A DNA stretch of 63,762 nt, the filler included, from Octopus bimaculoides (taxonomy: Eukaryota): assembly GCF_001194135.2 (NCBI RefSeq). It is 8 parts of 7 records of this genome, joined end to end, with 100 filler letters (N's around TTAATTAATTAA, not from the genome) between each part and the next. Parts side by side here need not be neighbours in the genome. Positions count along the whole stretch, not along the records: positions 41,499 to 57,055 come from NC_068987.1; positions 57,156 to 61,616 come from NC_068987.1; positions 61,717 to 63,762 come from NW_026363815.1; 5 more parts are not named here. The stretch is one strand, 5' to 3'. The position numbers and the translations under genes are program-made. Shown one piece after another: positions 53,857 through 63,762 of this stretch (its first letter is position 1; the number at the start of each line of letters is the position of its first letter). A model generated the notes under the pieces. That model ran no database searches. It was not told the origin of the DNA and saw only the letters and a program-made list of their open reading frames with translations.

Positions 53857-54156
53857 CTTCTGTTCGTTTTCTATGAGGAAGTCCAAAAACTGTGTGTTGT
53901 TCTGGTCCACCGACCTGAGAAGAGGTTCGGAATTATAAAGACTGGACGAAATGGTCATGATGTTGGTGGCCATTTCTTCACAGTAGTCGGCTGCTAGTTC
54001 AAGATCTTTAGAACGTTCTTTCTCTTTGGAAGCAATCGTCCGGAAGTTGCGACATAGCTTCACTGCTGCCTCCAGCGGAGCCTTGCAGATGAGAACGAAA
54101 TCTTGGATACACTTGTTGTGGTTCAGTTTCCCACACACCATTAAATCGAATACAAA
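53857..54156 (-). CDS. nompC: TRPN/NompC exon (linker after the last ankyrin repeat), 100 codons, phase 0-0
   Basis: Acceptor ttttccaacAG (54158-54157), donor GTgaga (53856). Translation FVFDLMVCGKLNHNKCIQDFVLICKAPLEAAVKL...KEKERSKDL...CEEMAT...FLDFLIENEQK matches the recalled NompC/TRPN1 segment (LMV.SK..NNKPIQEFVL...KEKERAKDL...FLDVLIENEQK). Confidence 0.93.
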
Positions 54157-54914
54157 CTGTTGGAAAAGATATTTTTAGTTAAGTTAGAACCATCATCGTT
54201 TCGTTGAAATAACTTTTATTTCATTTCTTTTTTTTTTTTTTATTCATCTCTCACGGTGGCAGAATCGCTGCAACGTCGGACAAAATGCCCTGCGGTATTT
54301 GTTCCGGCTCTTTCATTCTGAGTTCAAATCCTGCCAAGGTCAACTTTGCTTTTCAATCTCACCAGGATCGATAAAATAAAATGTCAGTCAAAGCGTAGGA
54401 GCGGCTGTGTGGTAACAAGCATGCTTCTTAACCTCATGGTTCCGAGTTCAGTCCCACTGCGTGACACCTTGGGCAAGAGTCTTCTACTATAGCCTCAGAC
54501 CGACCAAAGCCTTGTGAGTAGATTTGGTAATATATTTATGTGTGTGTGTGTGTATGTGTGTGTGTCTGTGTTTGTCCGCCACCCCACTTTACAACCAGTG
54601 TTAATGTGTTTACGTCCTCGTAGCTTAGCGGTTCGTCAAATGAAACTGATAGAATAAGTACCAGGTTTAAAAACAAAAAAGAAATGGGTACTGGGGTCGA
54701 TTCATTCGATTAAAATTTCATCAAGGCGGTGCCCCAGCATGGCCGCAGTCTGGTGAGCGGAAGAAATAAAAAAACAAAAAATTGGAATTGATGGCCTTTT
54801 ACTTGTTTCATTCATTGCACTGTGGCCGTAGTGGGGTACCACCCTAATACTTATTTTTAAGTCTGGGACTTGTATTAGTCTCGTTTGCCGAACGGCTAAG
54901 TAATGGGACGTATA

Positions 54915-55570
54915 CTATTGGTTTCAAATTTTGGTATAGGGCTTGAAAGTTTTGGGGAAGGGTAAGTGGATTACATCGACCCAAGTGCTCAACTAGTACT
55001 TATTTTATAGAGCCTGAAAGGATGAAAGGTAAAGTCGACCTCGGCGGAATTTGAACTCAAAACGTGAAGACAAACGAAATGCCGTTAAGCATTTTGACCG
55101 GCATGCTAACGTTTCTTATTTCTTTATTGCCCACAAGGGGCTAAACATAGAGGGGATATACAAGGACAGACAAAGGAATTAAGTCGATTACATCGACCCC
55201 AGTGCGTAACTGGTACTTAATTTATCGACCTCGAAGGGATGAAAGGCAAAGTCGACCTGGGTGGAATTTGAACTCAGAATGTAACGGCAAATGAAATACC
55301 GCTCAGCACTTCGCCCGATGCGCTAACCATTCTGCCAGCTGGCCAACTTGCACGGACATATAGTATTCTCTTCTACTCTAGGCACAAGGCCCGAAATTTT
55401 TTGGTGGGGAGCCAGTCGATTAGATCGACCCAGTACGCAACTGGTACCTAATTTATCGACCTCGAAAGGCGAAGTTGACCTCGGTGGAATTTGAACTCAG
55501 AACGTAAAGACAGACGAAATACTGCCCAGCATTTCGTTCGGCGTGCTAACGTTTCTGTCAGCTCTCCGCT
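54915..55570 (-). mobile_element. Tandem cluster of 3 family C SINE units
   Basis: Reverse complement of the same core. Other copies at ~1400-1575, 1650-1860, 7140-7290, 46355-46565 (-) and ~9830-10215, 16395-16590, 40135-40335, 54255-54390 (+). Confidence 0.85.
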
Positions 55571-56057
55571 TTGCACAGAACACATGAGATTGAAAATAAA
55601 ATACTTTTAACAAATTTTGACTTCAAAAAATCCTTGGCACGCTGCTAATCAAAACAGTTTTTACATATTAGGTTGAAAAAAACAAAAAAACTGATAAGTG
55701 ATAATTTGGCTGGTAAAATATTTAATGTGATTTCGAAAGAAAAATAATCTGTTATAAATTTGTTGATAGGCTATTTCGTTAAGCTAAATGTTAAAAAGTA
55801 TTTGTATATATAACAGCAACCAAAAAAACAAAAGAAAGCTAAAGAGTCTTGTTTATCGAAGCACTGCAACATTTTTTTGCTTATTTTCGGTTTTTCTGAT
55901 TTTTTCCAGTTCTTCCATTGCTATGTGTTATCGTCGTTTAACTCAGGTTAATCTAATCTTCACACCCAGCAGACATAGGACCAAAGGTTTTGCATCACCG
56001 TTTTATTTCATTTCTTTTTGTATATGTTTTAGGGATTTCGTGTAACATAAATATTGT

Positions 56058-56375
56058 CATATTGTTGTATTTTGGGACGGTCATTTTTGCCAAATAAACA
56101 CACGCACTGTTATATTCGTTCTTCACTCGTTTATTACTGTTCTTATTCTAACTCATATCCATTGTCCGGAAATCTTTCGTCACACATCTGTGACCTCCTC
56201 AGCAACACTTTCCGCTTTCGTGTGTGTTTTTGCTCTGTTTATTCCATTCTCATAGAAAAATTGGCAAATTTATTTGGCAAAAACAATAAGAATAAAAAAA
56301 ATAAAAAATGACCATCCCGAAATACAACAATATCTGTTTCAACACACAACCTTACATGAGGAATCTTGCAAAAAA
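56058..56375. mobile_element. Same family with an inverted copy of its own 3' end
   Basis: attgttgtattttgggacggtcatttt (~56061) is the near reverse complement of aaaatgaccatcccgaaatacaacaat (~56304); 56300-56375 matches the reverse complement of 19431-19505. Confidence 0.6.
56164..56206 (-). ncRNA. Second copy of the same hammerhead family, partly degenerate, in a NompC intron
   Basis: Minus strand reads GUUG-CUGAGGA-G-GUCACA-GAUG-UGUGAC-GAAA-GAUU-UC|CGGAC: same stem II, weak stem I. Confidence 0.55.
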
Positions 56376-57558
56376 AATTCATAGACTTATTTTCTAATAT
56401 GTTCTTTCCATTTTTCTTTAAACTGTTGGATGTGATTCGAAGGAAATTTAGTTGCTATTTCTAGTAGATTTAGAGACTACGCAAACGCTCCCGCCTTGTA
56501 CTGCACTAACTTTTCGTTGCTGCCTGTTGTTCCTGTTAATCTCTAATCTTTTGGCTGTTTCAGTCGTTCGACTGTGGCCATGCTGGGGCAAATCGATCCG
56601 AGTACTTATATTTCCTTTTCTTTTTCAGTCTGGCACATATTCTATCGGTGTCTTACCGAACTGCGAAGTTATGGGGGCGTAAAGAAACCAACACCGGTTG
56701 TCATGCGGTGGACAGAGACAAAAACACAGACATATACATATACATACAAACATATATGCATATGTATGTATGTATATGTGTGTGTGTATGCATATGTACA
56801 TATCAGTCCCACTGCGTGGCACCTTGGGCAAGTGTCTTCTACTATAGCCTCGGGCCGACCAAAGCCTTGTGAGTGGATTTGGTAGACGGAAACTGAAAGA
56901 AGCCCGTCGTGTATATATATATATATATATATATATACAATCACTTTTGAAATCCGTGTTGCTTATTATTTGATTTTAATCACCCATCCTTTTGGGATGT
57001 GAAATTCGGGTGCCTTCGCATAAGTACCATATTCAAGCCTTGAATCTATATATATNNNNNNNNNNNNNNNNNNNNNNNNNNNNNNNNNNNNNNNNNNNNT
57101 TAATTAATTAANNNNNNNNNNNNNNNNNNNNNNNNNNNNNNNNNNNNNNNNNNNNATATATACATATATATACATATATATACATACATATACACGTCAG
57201 GTTTGTACAACATGCAAATAAATCAGTAATTACTTCCATTTATTCTCCATGTTCTTGTTGTTTTTCCCTCATTATTAAAAATTTCAATATTCCTAAATAT
57301 ATACCCAGTGATTTTACAATTGATACGGATTAAACCAGTGGAATAGCTTGGATTATATTAGCCCTACGAATTAACTATATATATACGTATATATATGAAC
57401 ATGCTTATACACAGACAATTTTATATGTATGCATTCATTTATGGAATATTTCTAACATCTTTAATATTTGAGTGGAAGTGTGATATTTTATCCTGAATTC
57501 GACTTTATTTTAAAATCCAACAAATAGAAAGTAGAAAGTTTCTTTTTAACTATATTGA

Positions 57559-57604
<46 letters not shown>

Positions 57605-60253
57605 TATGCAGTTCTGTCTCGTCATTACTCTTCCTTCAGAAAGTCATATTTAGCTTTCGCTTATTGATCTGTATCACAAATAGTAACAAACCAATTATAC
57701 CCTTGGCTATNNNNNNNNNNNNNNNNNNNNNNNNNNNNNNNNNNNNNNNNNNNNNNNNNNNNNNNNNNNNNNNNNNNNNNNNNNNNNNNNNNNNNNNNNN
57801 NNNNNNNNNNNNNNNNNNNNNTATATATGTATATATTATTTATGCAGTTCTGTCTCGTCATTACTCTTCCTTCAGAAAGTCATATTTAGCTTTCGCTTAT
57901 TGATCTGTATCACAAATAGTAACAAACCAATTATACCCTTGGCTATATATATAAAAAAAAAATCAGTCTTCTTACTTCAGTTTACGAAGATCAAAAAGAA
58001 TTGTGACAGGTCTTAAATCACATTGATATTGATTGCGTTTGCGTAGCTACAATTTTAAATTGGGTTGTAAAATATGCGATCGAATCCATGGACACTACGA
58101 ACAACAAAAGGAAAAAAATTAAGAAAGAAGCCTATCTGCCCTATCTCATTTATATTTAGAAAGACCATTATAAAGGAATATATCGGATTATACCATCTTA
58201 GATAAATATAATATAACTGCAATGGGCTCATAATCATGTCTAAAATATCGTTAGTTCAATGTCTCCTAGTTCGGCGCTCATTTGCCATCAGCAAGAAAGG
58301 ACAACTGAGCTATTAGAAACACCATGCAAATGACTTTCAGCGTACACATTATCATATTTACGAAGGACAGAAAGAACTGTGTTATCTCAGATACATTATT
58401 TGTGACAGAATCTTTTATCTTTCACCTTTTACATGTTTCATTCTTTAACGCTATTCCATGCTGTAGTGCAGTCTTGGAAAATTTTAGTTAAGGGTATCAT
58501 TTCCAGCCCTTAGTTTTATTATTTTAAGCCAGGTACTCATTCTATCAGATTCCTTCGCTAAACCTCAAGGTTATAGTGAACGCAACACACTGGTATCGAT
58601 TGTAATGGGGGACAAAAACACAAAAGACATAGGGTATTCAGGATTCAATTCGTTAGGAGCATCCATCTTTAAAAATGACGATTAGAATTATCATCGATGC
58701 CCTGTAGTAATTTCTGAAGTTTTGAATTCAATTCTTCCATGCGTCACTAGGGGAGGAACTCATGATATCTCCTTTTACTAATTTCTTCAGTTGTATTGTT
58801 GCATTCTCTGGGTATCTTAAAAATAACTAAGTCAAATGTTCGAATATTGCGTTGCACGCATGGGTATCACTGATGTTGATACGCTGTGGATTTTCTTAAT
58901 GATACTGAGGTCGAATCATGATTTATCTAGATTTGATTAGAAGAGAGTGTATAGAACATGCAGGGGACTAGTCTAAATGGGACTGTAATTGCCTTACTCA
59001 TTTAGCGCTGTAGAAAATGAAGAATTTATATTGACATACTAGATTCTAGTGGTCATTGTTGTTTTCCCTTCCCTTGTTTAGATATAAGAATGCGGTATGA
59101 TTTATCATCACTTTATAGTAATCCAGTTGAAAGAAAGGACATAAGATTACAATGCTTCAATTTATTTTGTCACGGAATATGATAAACATTTCTACAGAAT
59201 CAAATTCAAGTTAATACTCCAAAGAATCAGGAGTGAATAAATCATTTGAACTTACCTTCAAAAGCTCCTCCCTAGTGAAACAAAATGATACGCCTGCATT
59301 AAAACAACAACGCTCTTGAGCTTCAAAGGAGGAGCAAGGCTTCATGGGAGCATTTTTGTTATGCGAGTTGGAACATGGATACAATACATCATAATCGAAA
59401 TAATGAACTCTGAAAACGGATATTTCAGAGCAAATAGCACACACCTGCTTACGTGCTACATGCAGAAGTGAATTTAGATTTAGAGGATATGCTACTGGAG
59501 ACTGATGGTTCCAGCCAGATTGTGAACATGAATAAGTACCTTACAAAATCTATTCCGAACATATTTTGGTGTTAGTTTTCATTCTGTTGTCATTCAATAT
59601 AGATGAAAGTTCACTGGGGATATTTTAGCATTATCTCTGAATTTAGGATTTTGCTCATATCCCTCTTGTACAGCACATTACGTATATCTCCAGAACATTG
59701 TAGAACAATTAATCTGCTACAGGTCTTGTTTACGCTGATCCTGTAATGAATGTGAGTTTCAACATATAATCTACATGGTCCTATTTGCTACTTAGAATCA
59801 ATTGAAAATCATTACAGTTATAAGAATACATCAATATAATTCCTTGAGATCAGTTTCAATGTTAGGTTTCCACTAAGGGAAATTAAATGAGGATACTTGG
59901 TATAATATTGAATTTAGCCTGCAGATTTTGTCCTTAATTGAACAGATTTAAATAATTTCCATATACAACAGCAAATCTGGCAGTCATAAAAGAAATTCTA
60001 AACACCTGACTGACAATATCTTGCAAGTGCCAAGAAGCAGATATTTCCATAAAAGATTTTCCATTATATCCTTGCTTCATTATATGAAACACAATATCTG
60101 ACAATATATTATCAAAGAAATGTGAGGAGTAAATGAATTAATGTTAAGAAGGAACTTTGTCCTCTGGAGCTGCAGTGATGTTTAGAGCTGATTCATGAAT
60201 ACAAATTTAGTAAATAGTCACGTTTGTCGTTCGATTTGAGATTTATATAAGTA

Positions 60254-61499
60254 TTGGGTGACCCCATAAATAATGCGGATTTTATACTTATTTTATTTTT
60301 CGAAATCAGGATAGACAAAATATTTTAAAATCTAAAATATACTTTCCTTCATTTTCTACAATGCTTTTCTATCTATTTGGCAGAGTTGCAAAGTCCCTCT
60401 TCTAGAATTCACTTGTCTGTGACGAAATTACTGTTCTGACCTCGTCTGCAGAATTCATATTTTTTCCGTCAAAATAATTTTCAAGACTGCGGAATAAATG
60501 ATAATCAGACGAGGCAATGTCTGGCGAATATGGTGGGTGGGGCATCATTTCATATTCAAAACTGTTCCAGCTTTTAGAACGTCATCCCCACTGTGTGTGA
60601 CCGGGCATTATCTTGATGGAAGAAGACCATTCGTCTTGAAACCAAACATGGTCGTTTTCCTTCTAGCGCCCAAGCTGGTCACAATAGATCTCCATAGTTA
60701 TCGTTTGGTTCGGGTTTAAAAGTTGAAAGTGGACTAACCCTTTCATATACCATCAAACAGACTACAAAACCTTACGTGGGTGAAGACTTTCTTTAGCCTG
60801 GGGTACCGGTGTTTTTCCTTTCCCTACCCACTGTCTCCCGCGCTTGACATTTTTATAGAGAACCCATTTCTCGTCACCATTCACTATTCGGTCCAAAAAA
60901 GTTTCATTCGTGAGATTTAACAGCAAAGAGGAACACAAATTCACTCTGTGTGCGCGATTAAAGTCGAAAAGTTTGCGAGGAACCAATTGACCCAATTTGC
61001 TGACTTTTCCGATGCTACGCAGGTGTCCGATGAATGGTTGAATGACCAAATCCAAGCTTCTCAGTTAGTTTTTCAACAGTTACGATGGGATTTTGTTCCA
61101 CCAGGGTTTGTAGGACATCCTCATCGAGCTCTACAGATCTTCCAGGACGAGGCTCATCTTCTAGAGTGTAGTTTCCGGCTTGGAATTTCTGGAAACACCA
61201 TTGACACTGGCTTACACTTATTGTCCCTTCTCCATTTACTGCATGAATGTTCCTTGCACTGAACTCATATAGCAAAATATACAGAATATGCTCTTTTGTC
61301 ACTTCCATTATAGCTTTGAAAAAATAAATATTATAAATATTAAAATCGAACTGCACTTTTCAAAACGTGCACTAAGAATAAGTTCAAGGTAAAATTACTA
61401 CCTGCTTTTATAGCAAGTTACTGCAGGTAGTTTATCTCATCTCAGGCCTTTAGTTCATGCAACTGAAAAGAAAAACGCATGATTTATTGGCTGACTCAT
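60254..61499 (-). mobile_element. Full-length (~1.25 kb) decayed mariner (Tc1/mariner) transposon
   Basis: Frameshifted transposase: MEVTKEH.., EDEPRPGR, LVPRKL (WVPxxL-like), RIVNGDEKWV, HPPYSPDIASSDYHLF. Imperfect ~30-bp TIRs (ttgggtgaccccataaataatgcgg / cgcatgatttattggctgactcat) with TA on both sides (60252-53, 61500-01). Confidence 0.92.
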
Positions 61500-61568
61500 T
61501 ATATATGTACTTTTATATGAGTGTGCGCAGGTGTGTGTGAGTTTCTTGTGTCTGCATACATACGTGTT

Positions 61569-61616
<48 letters not shown>

Positions 61617-62954
61617 NNNNNNNNNNNNNNNNNNNNNNNNNNNNNNNNNNNNNNNNNNNNTTAATTAATTAANNNNNNNNNNNNNNNNNNNNNNNNNNNN
61701 NNNNNNNNNNNNNNNNTAGACAGACAGGTAGATAGACAGACAGGTAGATAGATAGATAGATATACATACACAAACATAGACACTCACACTGACAGGGGAG
61801 ATAACCGCCCCATGAGCGTCACTAGGATCACTAGACTAGACTAGTTTCGCCTATCAGTCGTTGCTCGTCATTATTGACTACTCAAAAACTCGATGGTTTG
61901 GCTAAATCCGGCTGTCAGTTTATTTAAATTTACCATAAAAAATTTATTGCTGATTTAGAAAAATGCTAATGCGGATATTAAAAATTAATATAAACAGCTA
62001 GGAGCAATATAATACCATAAAGGGAAAATATAATCGTCACTAATTGTGACGGCGGGTGCCGAAGCACATATTTCAAGAAATATGTGTAAAAAACTTTTTT
62101 TTTTTTCTGCTGTGAGAAGTGCGCAATATATATACACTGATTAAATTAGTCGCGAATAAATTTTTCCTTTATGGCATTTTATTTCGCCTAGATATTTATA
62201 TTAGTTTATATATATATNNNNNNNNNNNNNNNNNNNNNNNNNNNNNNNNNNNNNNNNNNNNNNNNNNNNNNNNNNNNNNNNNNNNNNNNNNNNNNNNNNN
62301 NNNNNNNNNNNNNNNNNNNNNNNNNNNNNNNNNNNNNNNNNNNNNNNNNNNNNNNNNNNNNNNNNNNNNNNNNNNNNNNNNNNNNNNNNNNNNNNNNNNN
62401 NNNNNNNNNNNNNNNNNNNNNNNNNNNNNNNNNNNNNNNNNNNNNNNNNNNNNNNNNNNNNNNNNNNNNNNNNNNNNNNNNNNNNNNNNNNNNNNNNNNN
62501 NNNNNNNNNNNNNNNNNNNNNNNNNNNNNNNNNNNNNNNNNNNNNNNNNNNNNNNNNNNNNNNNNNNNNNNNNNNNNNNNNNNNNNNNNNNNNNNNNNNN
62601 NNNNNNNNNNNNNNNNNNNNNNNNNNNNNNNNNNNNNNNNNNNNNNNNNNNNNNNNNNNNNNNNNNNNNNNNNNNNNNNNNNNNNNNNNNNNNNNNNNNN
62701 NNNNNNNNNNNNNNNNNNNNNNNNNNNNNNNNNNNNNNNNNNNNNNNNNNNNNNNNNNNNNNNNNNNNNNNNNNNNNNNNNNNNNNNNNNNNNNNNNNNN
62801 NNNNNNNNNNNNNNNNNNNNNNNNNNNNNNNNNNNNNNNNNNNNNNNNNNNNNNNNNNNNNNNNNNNNNNNNNNNNNNNNNNNNNNNNNNNNNNNNNNNN
62901 NNNNNNNNNNNNNNNNNNNNNNNNNNNNNNNNNNNNNNNNNNNNNNNNNNNNNN

Positions 62955-63008
<54 letters not shown>

Positions 63009-63071
63009 TATATACATTTATGTATATATGTATACATGTGTATGTGTATATGTATGTGTGTGTGTGTGTGT

Positions 63072-63430
63072 GGAGGCGCAATGGCCCAGTGGTCAGGGCA
63101 GTGGACTCGCGGTCATGGGATCGCGGTTTTGATTCTTAGACCGGGCATTGTGAGTGTTTATTGAGCGAAAACACCTAAATCTCCACGAGGCTCTGACAGG
63201 GGCGGGCGGGCGAACCCTGTTGTATTCTTTCACAACGACTTTCTTTCATTATTCTTCTTGTTTCTTGCCACACTCTGTGCCACTTTGAAGGTCCCTGAGA
63301 ACCACATTAAGGATACACGCGTCTGTGGAGTGCTCAGTCACTTGCACGTTAATTTCACGAGCAGGGTGCTCCTGTGATCGGATCAACTGGAACCCTCGTC
63401 GTCATAACCGACGGAGTGCCACCACGACGA
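63072..63430 (+). mobile_element. SINE family A, near full length
   Basis: Same head and tail as the 46743 copy. Confidence 0.88.
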
Positions 63431-63467
63431 TATAGTTATATATGCATATATATATATATAAAGAGTG

Positions 63468-63534
<67 letters not shown>

Positions 63535-63762
63535 AAGATAGATAGATAGATAGATATAAACAACCAGAATATCCAATTTGATATTTACCAAACCATAAGC
63601 GGTGACCGCAGGTTTATCCAACCCTACCTGGTACATATCTTTTCAAGTGCGCGATTCTGTCTAAATCCTTATTTTATTATATTCGCCATGATAGATCGCT
63701 GACCACTACAGCTATATTTTTTCTCCTTGTTTCGCTCCTTATTTCTTTCTGTGTTCCTTTCA

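Noticed and set aside
57594-57950. ~120-bp direct duplication across a gap
   Set aside because: Same unmerged-overlap signature.

Overview
Eukaryotic, AT-rich, microsatellite-laden genomic DNA with roughly 7 kb of N gaps. Repeat families and architecture suggest an octopus (cephalopod) draft scaffold; this is inferred, not searched. The only confidently supported host gene is a minus-strand TRPN/NompC mechanosensitive channel. Three phase-compatible GT-AG exons (54156-53857, 50553-50402, 46284-45401; about 445 codons) encode the post-ankyrin linker, pre-S1 elbow, S1-S6, pore and TRP box. The ankyrin-repeat exons are not seen (upstream of the window or in gaps) and the C-terminal exon(s) are not identified with confidence. 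The rest is intronic/intergenic: at least four SINE-like families, a stack of RLE-type (R4/Dong-like) LINE 3' ends sitting in (AAT)n tracts, RTE and Penelope-like fragments, a full-length decayed mariner, a DD37D maT-type remnant, and hAT and mariner MITEs. The most striking observations are: minimal type-I hammerhead ribozyme cores in Penelope-type tails on the NompC-sense strand (19594-19638 nearly intact; 56164-56206 inside a NompC intron); two perfect ~25-bp fold-back hairpins built from retroelement ends; an exact 27-bp copy of a NompC exon end plus its donor site; and a 330-bp inverted repeat across a gap. Many repeat coordinates are approximate, and all comparisons to known families are from recalled motifs.
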